Shown here: positions 1-10,184 of the stretch, one piece after another
Numbering within the stretch: the first letter of the stretch is position 1
Layout of the letters: every line of letters starts with the position of its first letter
Source of the DNA: an uncultured Acidobacteriota bacterium
Lineage (GTDB): Bacteria > Acidobacteriota > Vicinamibacteria > Fen-336
DNA length: 64,000 nucleotides
Assembly (NCBI GenBank): GCA_963720545.1
Contig: OY970399.1
Coordinates: 1,248,001-1,312,000, forward strand
Direction: 5' to 3'
Translations under genes and position numbers: made by a program
Notes under the pieces: generated by a model
The model's input: only the letters and a program-made list of their open reading frames with translations
The model's database searches: none
Told to the model about the DNA's origin: nothing

Positions 1-1155
1 GGGGCGGCCGGCGTGGGACCACAGGATGTCGTCGGCGGCGGTGAAGAAGCGGCGGTGGTCGGTCCTGTAGTACTGGTGGACGGCGAGGTAGGCCGTGGTG
101 CGGCCTTCGGCCGTGGACAACCAGATGTCGTCGGCGGCGGCGACGCGGACTTCCAGCGGGAAGGAGATGCGCTCGCCGCTGGTGTCGATCCAGCGCCTGA
201 TTTCGGCGAAGGCGGGGCGCAGGTTTTCGATTGGCAAGGCGTACTCCATCTCCTTGAAACGGACGCGGCGCGGGGAGACGAACACCTCGTGCGAGGGTGC
301 CGTGTACTCGCGGGCGGAGAGCAGGTGCGTCGCGAGGCGGTTCACGGACGGGATGGTTGCCGGGATCAATTCGCCGAGCATGTTGGTTGCGGCGAAGACG
401 CCGTTGCTCAGCAACTCGTCGTCTACGAATTCACGGATCGGGTTCAGTGGCTTTGACGGGTCGCCGGCTCTGACTCTGTTGTTCCTCTTCGTGAGCGCTT
501 TGTTGCCGTGGGGGAACCAGTAGAACTCGAAATGGTCGTTGTCTCTCGCCAGGTTGTCGAAGTTCTCCAGGACTTCGTCGATTGGCGCCGGCGCTTCGAT
601 GGCGTGCAGGTCGAATGCCTCCACTAGCTGGAGGGTCACAGTGGTGACGATGCCGAGGGCGCCGAGGCCCACTCTGACGGCGCCCCACATCTCTGCGTTC
701 TCTTCGGCGGAGCAACGGATGGTGGAGCCATCCGCTGTAACCATGTCGAGCGCTGTGACCTGGGCGGCGAGTCCCTGATGGTTCAGGCCGGTGCCGTGGG
801 TGCCGGTTGCGATCGCACCGGCGACGGTCTGCTGGTCGATGTCGCCGAGGTTCGGCATCGCGAGGTTCCAGATGCGGAGAGCCCTGGTCAGTTCTTGCAG
901 CGTGGTGCCCGCGTGTACTTTGGCTTGCCGGCGCTCCTTGTCTACATCGATGATTCCGCGGAGGGCGGCGAGGCTGAGCAGCACCTGGGTGGGCGCCGCG
1001 ATGCCGTTGAAGGAATGGCCGCTGCCCACGACCTTGATTCGGCGGTTTGCTTTTGCTGCCGCTGATACGGCCTTGCCCACGTCGTCGGTGGTTTTTGGCT
1101 CGACTACGTGGGGCGGCCGCGACCATTCGGTTCTCGCCCAGTTGCGCCACAGCAT
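1..1155 (-). CDS. FAD-linked oxidoreductase, D-arabinono-1,4-lactone/L-gulonolactone oxidase family (3' end runs off window)
   Basis: Manual translation from ATG at 1155: MLWRNWARTE...IKVVGSGHSFNGIA...GAIATGTHGTG...FPLEVRVAAADDIWLSTAEGRTTAYLAVHQY. Absent from the ORF track because there is no stop in the window. Confidence 0.85.
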   Translation of the reverse strand, partial: MLWRNWARTEWSRPPHVVEPKTTDDVGKAVSAAAKANRRIKVVGSGHSFNGIAAPTQVLLSLAALRGIIDVDKERRQAKVHAGTTLQELTRALRIWNLAMPNLGDIDQQTVAGAIATGTHGTGLNHQGLAAQVTALDMVTADGSTIRCSAEENAEMWGAVRVGLGALGIVTTVTLQLVEAFDLHAIEAPAPIDEVLENFDNLARDNDHFEFYWFPHGNKALTKRNNRVRAGDPSKPLNPIREFVDDELLSNGVFAATNMLGELIPATIPSVNRLATHLLSAREYTAPSHEVFVSPRRVRFKEMEYALPIENLRPAFAEIRRWIDTSGERISFPLEVRVAAADDIWLSTAEGRTTAYLAVHQYYRTDHRRFFTAADDILWSHAGRP

Positions 1156-1183
1156 CGGATGGCGTGAATGCTAACGTGGCGCG

Positions 1184-2369
1184 GTGATCGAGCGACTGGA
1201 GACAGCGACAGCGGCGCTCGATCCGCCGTTTGCTGCCGTGGACATGGCGGCGTTTGCGGCGAACGCGGCCGACCTGGCGCGCCGCAGTGCCGGCAAGCCG
1301 ATCCGGCTGGCGACCAAGTCGGTGCGCTGCCGTGGGTTGATGCGCGCGGCGCTTGCGCATGGGGCGTTTCGCGGGTTGCTGGCGTTCTCGCTGGCCGAGG
1401 CGTTGTGGCTGGCGGAGGAACACGACGACATCGTGGTGGGCTACCCCACCGCCGATCGTGCTGGGCTGCGGACGGCTTGCTTCCTCCGAGTCGTTTGCTC
1501 ACCGAGTCACGCTCATGGTGGACTCGCGCGAGCAGCTGGCGCTCATCGACGCGTGCTTGGTGAGCTCCGGGTTGCCGCTGCGGGTATGCATCGACATCGA
1601 CGCGTCGCTGCGCCTTCCTTGGCGGGCGGCTGCACATCGGCACGCGCCGCTCCCCCGTCCATAGCGTTGCCGCCGCTGTTTCGCTGGCCGAAGGAGATCG
1701 TGGCCGATCCTCGCTATCGGCTCTTCTGGCTTGATGGCGTACGAGGCGCAGGTCGCTGGGCCTTGGCGACGATCCGGTCGGGCGACCGCTGCGTGGGGCT
1801 GCGATCCGCATGATGAAGGCTGCCTCACGACGCGAGTTGCGTGAACGTCGTGCCGCGGTCGTCGCTTCGGTTCGGTCACTGGTGCCGCTTTCTTTCGTGA
1901 ATGGCGGTGGCACCGGGAGCCTGGAGACGACCGCCGGATGAAGCCGCGGTCACCGAGACATGCGCCGGCTCCGGCCTGCTCGGGCCTGGCGCGTTCGACC
2001 ACTATCGTGCGTTTCGTCCGACGCCCGCGGCGTTCTTCGCGCTTTCCGTGGTGCGCAAGCCGACGCCCGACATCGTCACGCTCGAAGGCGGCGGCTGGAT
2101 TGCCTCCGGGCCGCCGGGAACGCGACCGCCTGCCGGTCATCGCCCATCCTGCCGGGCTGAGTTACCTTGCTGACGAATGCGCCGGCGAGGTACAGACGCC
2201 GCTGCGCGGGTTTGGAGCCAGGGGCTTGCGGATCGGCGACAGGGTGTGGCTGCGGCACGCGAAATCGGGTGAGGTTTGCGAGCACGTCAACGTGCTGCAC
2301 CTCGTGCACGCCAACGGCAATGTCGACGAAGCGCCGACTTATCGCGGCGAGGGCCGCGTGTTCTTATGA
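1184..2369 (+). CDS. PLP-dependent alanine racemase-fold enzyme (DSD1-like amino acid deaminase/aldolase), multiply frameshifted
   Basis: Motifs spread over several frames: KPIRLATKSVRC (PLP lysine), RVCIDID, HIGTRRSP, LMAYEAQVAG, VNGGGTGS, AGSGL, GGGWIASG, AGEVQTPL, RHAKSGE, TYRGEGRVFL. Confidence 0.75.
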
Positions 2370-3397
2370 CTGCTTGTCGAGCGGCTTGTTGCGTTCGCCC
2401 GCGCCGTGGGGCTTGCCGCAGCGCGCGCACTGGGTCGGCGGCAGGCTGTTGTCCACTTCGTGGTGAACCGGCTTGAGGGTCTTGACGTAGGCGAACATCG
2501 CCTTCAGGTCGTCGTCCGTCTGCGTGCGATAGAGGTTCCACGGCATCTGGTCGTTGATCTTGCGGGCCTTCACGTGCCCGGTGCGCATCATCTCCACGAA
2601 CAGCGCCTCGTCGTAGTACGGGATGCCCGACGCGTCCTGGGTGATGTTGGCGGCCGCGATCTTGCCGTTCGGGTTCGTCAGCACCTCGCCCCCGGCGAAC
2701 TCGAGGCCCGGGATGCGCTGGCCGTGGTCGTCCATCGGCGTGTGGCAATCGAAGCAGGAACCGAGTGTCACCAGGTACTTGCCCCGGCTGAGGGTATCCG
2801 TTCCGGGCTGTGGCACAGGTGCGTCGAGCGGCTGCGGAGCGTTGTTGATGAAACGGTTCACGGGGAATGGTAGTTTGGTCTGCGGCAGCGGAGTTCTTCA
2901 CGGCCGGCAGCGAGCGGATGTAGACGATGACGGCGGCGAGGTCCTCATCCGACATGTGGCGGTAGTTCCGGTACGGCATGATCGGAAACAGGGCGCGGCC
3001 GTCGTGGCCGATGCCCTCGCGAATGGCGCGCGCGTAGGTGTCGTCGCTCCAGGTGCCACCGCCCGTTTCCGGGTCGACGCTGATGTTCGACGCGGTGACA
3101 AACGGGAAGCCCTCGTCGGCCCAGATGCGTCCCCCACCCCTGACTTCGGCCTTGGCCGCGAAGCCGGGCACATGCCAATCGATCTTGCGAATGGCAGAAC
3201 ACGCAGCCGGTGACCGACTCCACCATGTACTTGCCGCGAATAAGCCGCTCCGGGGTCGCCTCGAAGCGGCGGTCGGTGAGCGTACGGGCCCTGGGGCCGA
3301 GAATGGGGCGCCAGCCGATGGTGGCGGTGATGGCGCCTGCCAGCAGCACCGCAAGGACCACGAGCGCGATGCCCAGCCGTCTTCCCCAACGAGCCAC
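2364..3397 (-). CDS. Di-heme c-type cytochrome with N-terminal membrane anchor, frameshifted
   Basis: CVFCH and CFDCH heme-binding motifs, each preceded by RGKY; repeated NI(T/S)xD..G and MPY/MPW motifs; split over ORFs 2945-3397, 2287-3399 and 2364-2861; GGAGG RBS. Confidence 0.8.
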
Positions 3398-3479
3398 AAG
3401 GCCTCCCCGCTACGGCGTTGTCATCTGGTGATGTTCAGGAATTTGTAGGCGGTAACTTACTGCACCGCGGGGGCGGCGG

Positions 3480-4733
3480 CTATTCGTAGCGCAGCGCCAC
3501 GACCGGGTCGAGGCTCGCGGCGCGGCGTGAGGGCAGGAAGCCGCTGATGAGCCCCACGACGATCAGCAGGCCGGCGGAAGCCAGGGCGATGGCAGGGGAG
3601 ATTGCGAGGCGGATGTCGCCCTTGCCGGTCTCGTCCTTGAAGAGCGGGCCGAGCAGCGGGATGGAGCCCACCGCTGCGCCGAGCAGCGGTGCGATCAGGA
3701 TGCCGATGGCGCCGCCAGCCATGGTGAGCACCAGCGCCTCCGCCAGGAACTGCATGCGAATGTGCGAACGGCGCGCGCCGAGGGCGCGGCGCAGGCCGAT
3801 CTCGCGGATGCGCTCGTCCACCGACACCAGCATGATGTTCATCACGCCGACGCCGCCGATGCCGAGGGTGAGCACGCCGACGAAGATCAGCAGCACCTGC
3901 AAGCCGATGGTGAGGCCGTCGATCACCGGGCGGAACTCCTCGCGGCCGAACATCTGCAGGGCGCGCTTGTCGCTGGCGGCGAAGCCCTGGCGCCTGCCGA
4001 TGATGGTGCGCACCTGCTCGATCGCCTTCGGCTCGAACGCCGGCGTGATCGCCGAGAACACCAGCACCGACGCATAGCGCGCGTCCCACATGTCGCCGGC
4101 GGTGGTGTACGGGATGAACACGCACTCGTCGTCGGGACTGAAGTAGTTGCTCATCTGCAGCTTGTTCTCCATGGTGCCGATCACCAGGAAGCGCGCGCCG
4201 GCGATGAGGATCGTCTCGCCCACCGCCTGGCGCGAGCCGAACAGCTTCTTCTTCAGGTTGTTGCCGATGAACGCCACTCTCCGGCGCTCGACGAAGTCTT
4301 CGGCGCTGATCCAGCGGCCCTCGCCCGCGACTTCGTTGCGGATGGCGCCGTACTCGGGGTAGACGCCGCGCACCGCGGTGTTCGCGAGCTGGTCGCCCCA
4401 CGAGACGGCGTAGCGCTTCACCGTCTCCATGCTGAGGTCCTTCACCAGCGTGGCCTCGGCGCGCACCGCCTCCATGTCGGCCTTTTCGATCTTGACCGGC
4501 CGGCCGGCGCGCTCGCCGCCCGCCTGCTCGCTGGTCTGGCCCGGCCAGGTGACGACGGCACTCTTGCCGAACGCCTCGAACGCGTGCAGCAGGGCGCCGC
4601 GGAAGCCGCTGCCATAGGCCATCAGCACCGTGACGGCAATGACGCCCCAGATGATGCCGAGCATGGTGAGGGCGCTGCGCACGCGGTTGCGGCCAAGAGC
4701 GTCCCACGCCTGGATGAGGACCTCGCGCAGCAT
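3480..4733 (-). CDS. MacB/FtsX-family ABC transporter permease
   Basis: RSALTMLGIIWG, GGVGVMNIMLVSVDERIREIGLRRALGA, ASLDPVVALRYE; ATG at 4733 overlaps the upstream stop. Confidence 0.9.
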   Translation of the reverse strand: MLREVLIQAWDALGRNRVRSALTMLGIIWGVIAVTVLMAYGSGFRGALLHAFEAFGKSAVVTWPGQTSEQAGGERAGRPVKIEKADMEAVRAEATLVKDLSMETVKRYAVSWGDQLANTAVRGVYPEYGAIRNEVAGEGRWISAEDFVERRRVAFIGNNLKKKLFGSRQAVGETILIAGARFLVIGTMENKLQMSNYFSPDDECVFIPYTTAGDMWDARYASVLVFSAITPAFEPKAIEQVRTIIGRRQGFAASDKRALQMFGREEFRPVIDGLTIGLQVLLIFVGVLTLGIGGVGVMNIMLVSVDERIREIGLRRALGARRSHIRMQFLAEALVLTMAGGAIGILIAPLLGAAVGSIPLLGPLFKDETGKGDIRLAISPAIALASAGLLIVVGLISGFLPSRRAASLDPVVALRYE

Positions 4734-5992
4734 CAGCCGCCCGCCTCGGAGCGCAGCGCCTCGATGGGATCGACGGCGGCGGCGCGGCTCGCCGGGTAGA
4801 CCGCCGACAAGAGGGCGACGCTGCCGAGCAGCGCAAAGGCGATGGCCGCCGACTGCCAGGTGGGCATGAGCCCGGCGAAGAACATGGGCATGGGCAGCAG
4901 GTTGACGAGCGCGCACAACGTGTAGGCGATGGCGAGGCCGATGCCGCCGCTCGCGAAAACCACGATGAGCGTCTCGATGAAGAACTGCCGCACCACCGAA
5001 CGGCGGGTGGCGCCCACGGCCTTGCGTACGCCAATCTCGCGGGTGCGCTCGCGCACCGCCACCAGCATCACGTTCATCACGCCGATGCCGCCGATGAACA
5101 GTGTGGCGATGCCGACAGCGCCCAGGAAGCTCTTCATGCCGTCCGTCATCTGGCGAAATGCCTGCGCGTCTTCCACGGTGTCCCAGATGCCGGAGGCTTC
5201 CTTGTCGGTCGGGTCGAAGCCCTTGATGCGGCCGAGTGCCGTGAGGAACTCGCGCTTGCAGTCGTCGTGCAGGGCCACCGTGCGCGGCGAAACCAGCAGC
5301 CGGTCCACCGAGTCGGGGATGGAAGGCGGCTTGTTCGGCAGGTCGCGGGCGATGGTGGCGAACGGAATGAACACCTTCGAGATGTCCTGGCCGTCGTAGC
5401 TCGAGTCCTGCTCCTTGTGCTTCATGATGCCGACGACGGTGAACGGGAAGTCGGCGATGCGGATGGTTTCGCCGAGCGCCGGCCGGCTGCCGAACAACTG
5501 CTTCTTCGCGTCGCTGCCGAGGAAGGCGACGCGCCGGCCCTCGCCTTCGTCTTCCCAGTTGAGCCAGCGGCCCTCGCCCACCGTGATGGAGCGGATGTCG
5601 CCGAACGGCGGCAGCGAGCCGGTGACGAGCAGGGCGCCGGCGTTGAAGGCGCTGCGCACCGGCGTGTCGTTCTGGCCCATCTCGGGCACGATGGTGGCGC
5701 AGGAGGGCGACTGCGCCTGCGCGATCTTGTAGTCGTTCGTCAGCCAGCGGATCTGCCGGCCGGCGCGCGCCCCGCCCACCTGCTTGCTGGTGCGCCCCCC
5801 GAAGACAATGAGGATGTCCTTGCCGAACTGCTCGGCCACCTTCGCCTGGCCGGCGCGCAATCCCTCGCCGGCCGCCACCATCAGCGTGATGGAGACGATG
5901 CCCCAGGCGATGCCGAACATGGTGAGGGCGGTGCGCAGCTTGTGGGCTGTGAGCGTCCGGTACGTCTCGCGCAGCAGGTCGCCGAAGCTCAC
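4733..5992 (-). CDS. MacB/FtsX-family ABC transporter permease
   Basis: RTALTMFGIAWG, GGIGVMNVMLVAVRERTREIGVRKAVGA, DPIEALRSE. Confidence 0.9.
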   Translation of the reverse strand: MSFGDLLRETYRTLTAHKLRTALTMFGIAWGIVSITLMVAAGEGLRAGQAKVAEQFGKDILIVFGGRTSKQVGGARAGRQIRWLTNDYKIAQAQSPSCATIVPEMGQNDTPVRSAFNAGALLVTGSLPPFGDIRSITVGEGRWLNWEDEGEGRRVAFLGSDAKKQLFGSRPALGETIRIADFPFTVVGIMKHKEQDSSYDGQDISKVFIPFATIARDLPNKPPSIPDSVDRLLVSPRTVALHDDCKREFLTALGRIKGFDPTDKEASGIWDTVEDAQAFRQMTDGMKSFLGAVGIATLFIGGIGVMNVMLVAVRERTREIGVRKAVGATRRSVVRQFFIETLIVVFASGGIGLAIAYTLCALVNLLPMPMFFAGLMPTWQSAAIAFALLGSVALLSAVYPASRAAAVDPIEALRSEAGG

Positions 5993-5995
5993 GGC

Positions 5996-7147
5996 CTACT
6001 GCAGGACGACCTTGTCGCCCGCCTTCACGCCTTCGAGGATCTCGGCCTTGACGCCGTTGGTGATGCCCACCTTCACGGCGACCTTGCGCTTGCCGTCCTC
6101 GCCCTTCGGGTCGGGCACCTCGACCGTGGTCTTCTTGTCCTTGTCGTAGATGAGCGCCGACTCGGGCGCCAGCATCACGTGCTTCTTCTCTTCGCGGATG
6201 ATCTCGGCGTTGGCGCTCATGTTGGCGCGCAGCTCGCCGCCGGGGTTGTCGATCGAGACCCGCACCTCGAAGGTGGTGACGTTGTCCTTCTCGACGCCGA
6301 GCGGCGAGATCTTCGTGACCTTGCCGTCGAACTTCTTCTCCTTGAACGACTCGACGGTGATGCGCGCCGGCTGGTTGAAGTACACCTTGCCGATGTCCGC
6401 CTCGTCCACCTTGCCCAGCACGAACACGCTGCGCACGTCGCCGAGCGTGAAGATCGGCGTCGCCTCGGAGCCCATCACCAGGATGGAGCTGACGGCGTCG
6501 CCCACCTCGACGTCGCGCGACAGCACCAGGCCGTCCATCGGCGCCACGATGGTGGAGTTGCGCAGGTCGTTCTGCGCGCGTTCGAGGGCGGCCTGGGCGC
6601 GCGCCACCTCGGCCTGGTTGACGGCGACGCCGCGGCGCGCCATCGACTGCTTGTTGAGCGCCATCTCGTAGGCCTTTTCCGCGTCCTCGCGCACCGAGTC
6701 GGAGATGAGCCCTTCGCCGAACAACTTCTGGGCGCGCGCCTGCGCCGACTTGAGGAACGGCAGGTCCGGCCCCTCAGCCTCGACCCTGGTGCGCTCGAGC
6801 GACGCCTTCGTGGACAGCACGGCGGCCTCGGCCTCGCGCAGCCGCGCCTGCAGCTCTTCCTTGTCGAGTTCCACCAGCACCTGGTCCTTCTTCACCTGGT
6901 CGCCGTAGTCCACGAACAACTGCTTGACGATGCCGCTGGCCTTCGACTTGATGAGGACCTTGGTGGCCGGCTGGATCTTGCCGGTGGCGACCACGGAGCG
7001 GGCGATGTCGCCCTGCTCGACGGTGGCGAGCTTCTCGGGGTCGAGAGGCTTCTTCGAGCCCATGGCCTTGGCAATGCCAAACCCGGCCACGAGAACGGCC
7101 AGGATGGAGGCTCCAATGATGAGCCTGCGGCGGCGGCGTCTTTCCAT
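5996..7147 (-). CDS. Efflux membrane fusion protein (MacA/HlyD family periplasmic adaptor)
   Basis: N-terminal TM, SVVATGKI, lipoyl-like V..GDQVKKDQVL, coiled coil, IVAPMDG, VDEADIG, GITNG. Confidence 0.9.
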   Translation of the reverse strand: MERRRRRRLIIGASILAVLVAGFGIAKAMGSKKPLDPEKLATVEQGDIARSVVATGKIQPATKVLIKSKASGIVKQLFVDYGDQVKKDQVLVELDKEELQARLREAEAAVLSTKASLERTRVEAEGPDLPFLKSAQARAQKLFGEGLISDSVREDAEKAYEMALNKQSMARRGVAVNQAEVARAQAALERAQNDLRNSTIVAPMDGLVLSRDVEVGDAVSSILVMGSEATPIFTLGDVRSVFVLGKVDEADIGKVYFNQPARITVESFKEKKFDGKVTKISPLGVEKDNVTTFEVRVSIDNPGGELRANMSANAEIIREEKKHVMLAPESALIYDKDKKTTVEVPDPKGEDGKRKVAVKVGITNGVKAEILEGVKAGDKVVLQ

Positions 7148-7200
7148 ATCAACCCTAGGACGCGGCCCACGGGCCAATGGTTCAGGAAATTTGCAGGTCT

Positions 7201-8078
7201 CTACGGCTCAACGAGTTGTCCGTACGATTCGGGCCGCCGGTCGCGGAAGAATTGCCAGGTGGAACGGACCTCTTCAATGAGTCCAAGGTCGAGGTCGGCC
7301 ACCACCACTGCGTCCTGGTCGCGCGGCGCCTGGGCGATGATGCTGGCCGCGCGGGTCGCAGAAGTAGCTCTTGCCGTAGAACTCGCCGATCTTCCACGGA
7401 GCTTCCCAGCCGACCCGGTTGATGGCGCCGACGAAATAGCCGTTGGCCACGGCGTGCGCCGGCTGCTCCAGCTCCCAGAGGTATTCGGAGAGCCCGGCCA
7501 CGGTGGCCGAAGGGTTGAAGACGATCTCGGCGCCGTTCAGGCCCAGGGCGCGAGCGCCTTCCGGGAAGTGGCGGTCGTAGCAGATGTAGACGCCGATCTT
7601 CGCGTAGGCGGTTTCGAAGGTGGGATAGCCGAGGTTCCCGGGGCGGAAGTAGAACTTCTCCCAGAAGCCGGGCTTGGCGTGCGGGATGTGGGTCTTGCGG
7701 TACTTGCCGAGGTACTTGCCGTCGGCGTCGATGACGGCGGCGGTGTTGTAGTAGATGCCCGCCTGCTCCTGCTTCGTAGATGGGCACGATCAGCACCATC
7801 TTGTGTTTCTTCGCGACCTTCTGCATCAGCTTCACGGTGGGGCCGTCCGGCACGCTTTCGGTGAACTGGTACCAGCGCGTCTCCTGCTCGGCACAGAAAT
7901 ACGGGCCGTAGAAGATCTCCTGCAGGCAGACGATCTTCGCTTTTTTCGCGGCGGCCTCGGCGATGAGCTTGAGGTGGCGATCGATCATCGCCTTCTTCAC
8001 CTTCTCGAGGCCGTGCTCCGGCCCCAGCACGTTCTTCGCCTGGATCAGGCCGCATCGCACCACTCGTCCCGTTGCCAT
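7201..8078 (-). CDS. Carbon-nitrogen hydrolase (nitrilase superfamily, beta-ureidopropionase-like), frameshifted
   Basis: Catalytic triad motifs CLQEIF, KYRKTHIP and ICYDRHFPE; C-terminal QFFRDRRPESY; own GAGGTG RBS before ATG 8078; frameshifts near 7770 and 7280-7335. Confidence 0.85.
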
Positions 8079-8113
8079 TCGCGCACCTCGGTTCTGTTCG
8101 CCGGAGTATGCCA

Positions 8114-10100
8114 CTAGTCCTGCGGGTTGCGCCCCGGCCTTCGGCGCGCTCGCCGCCCTGGCGCGCTCGCGCGCGGCGTCCTGCGCGCGGCCTGCTTTCG
8201 CGTATGCCTCGGCGAGGAACAGGTGCGCCTCGGCGGATGCCGCAGAATTGCCGGCGGCCTTCTCGAGGTGCGGCAGGCTCTCGGCGACTTGCCCCTGCAG
8301 GCTGAGGATGCGGCCATAGAGGAGGTTGGCGCGGTAGTGCTCGGGCTCCTGCTCCAGGGCGGCGCGCAGTTCGATGAGGGCCGCCGGGACACGGTCGGTG
8401 CGCGCGTAGACCGACCCGAGCGAGAAGCGCGCGTCGGCCCACTTCGGCTGGCGCGTGGCGGCGATCTCGAAGTGGCCCGCGGCCTTGCGCAGGTCGCCGG
8501 TCTCGAAGAGCGCCAGGCCCATCTCGTAGTGCACCAGCGGCGAGTCGGGCCGGATCTCGATCGCCTTGTGCAGCGCCGGCACCGCGGCGGCATAGCGGCG
8601 CTCGCGCGAGCGGGCGATGCCAAGCTGCAACTGCGCCATGTAGACCTGCGGGTCTTGCGCAACCACCTGCTCGAGCAGCGGGATGGCCTTGAGGTTGTCG
8701 CCGTTCTCGATGGCGAGCATGGCGGTGTGCAGCGTGTTCGAAGTGGCGATGCGGTCCTTCGGGTCGATGGCGCTCGCACCCGCTGCGGCCGGCGCGCCGC
8801 CGCCAGACACATAGCCGAGGGCCGCGAGCCGCTCGGCGAGTTCGGGATCGACCTTCGGCTGGGCTGTGCTTCCGGCGCTGCCGGCCGCGGTGCGCCGCCG
8901 GAAGTCGTCGAGCGCCTGGCCAATGCGTGCCGCGACCGCAGCGCGCTCGGCAGCGACGTCGCGGTTCGCTTGCGGGTCCTTGTCGAGGGCGAACAGCTCC
9001 GGCCGCGGCGCCTTTACATAAAGGAACTGGTCCACACGATACGCCGCGAGCGCACTCCAGCCGAAGGCGCGGTTGGGGTAGTCGGTTTCGGAGTAGATGG
9101 CGCGGTCCTGCGCCGCCGCGAGCGGCACGCCCTGCACCTGCTGCGGGACCGCGACGCCGGCGGCCTGCAGGATGGTCGGCGCCACGTCCACCAGGCCGAC
9201 CCGCGCGGCGACGCGCTTGCCGGCACCCGGCCCCTGCCCGCGCGGGAACTTCACGACCAGCGGCACGTGGATGGTGGCGTCGTAAAGGAAGACGCCGTGC
9301 GTCGATTCGCCGTGCTCGCCAAGCGCCTCGCCGTGGTCCGCCGCCACCACGACGAGCGTGTCGTCGAAACGGCCCTTCGCCTTCAGCGCGGCAAGCAACT
9401 GCCCCACCGCGTTGTCGGCGGCGGCGATTTCGCCGTCGTAGGGCGCCTTCGCGAAGCGGGCCTTGAACGGGGCGGGCGGATCGTATGGGTCGTGGGCGTC
9501 GTAGAGGTGTACCCACAGAAAGAAGGGCGACGTGCCCGCGCGGTCTGTGTCGAGCCACTTCTGCGCCCGCGCCACCACCTGTGCGCCGCGCCGCTCGAGC
9601 GTTTCATAGCGGTCCGAGCGGCCTGCGCCGCGCCGTACCTGGTAGCCGGCGTCGTAGGTGTCGAAGCCGCGGTCGAAACCGGGTGCGAGGCCGTTGCGCG
9701 CGTCGAGGATGAGCGCGCCAACAAAGGCAGCCGTGCGGTAGCCCTGCGCCTTCAGCAGCGCCGGCACGTACGGCAGGTCCACGGGCAGCGGCACGCCGAA
9801 GTCGTTGACGCCGTGGAACTGCGGGTAGGTGCCGGAGAGGATGGTCGCGTGCGACACGGTGGTGATGGGCGCCTGGGAGTACGCCCGCTCGAACACCACG
9901 CCAGCCTTCGCCAGGGCGTCGAGCGAAGGCGTCAGGCCGCGCGTCGATCCCAGGAAGCCCATGCGGTCGGCGCGCGTCGTGTCGAGCGTGATCAGCACGA
10001 CGTTCGGCTTCCCCGCCGCCGCGGCCACACCCGCACCAGTGAGGGAGGCGCCGAGCAGCGCGCACAGGCAGAGCCCCGGCGAGAAGAAGACGCGGCGCAT
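8114..10100 (-). CDS. Secreted sulfatase-like hydrolase/transferase with C-terminal TPR repeats (3' end uncertain)
   Basis: Signal peptide, NVVLITLDTTRAD, HLYDAHDPY, YDGEI, ADHGEALGEHGE, then TPR helices; reads in frame into the nitrilase in this assembly. Confidence 0.8.
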
Positions 10101-10118
10101 GGCTAGAGCCTACTGGAT

Positions 10119-10150
10119 AAAACAAAGGGCCCTGGATTCCAGGGCCCCTT
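10119..10150 (-). terminator. Rho-independent terminator after TonB-dependent receptor gene
   Basis: GGGCCCTGG-N3-CCAGGGCCC hairpin (10127-10147) followed by TTTGTTTT on the minus strand. Confidence 0.75.
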
Positions 10151-10184
10151 GTGGTCCGTCGCTCGCCGCTTGAGCGGCGCGCGC

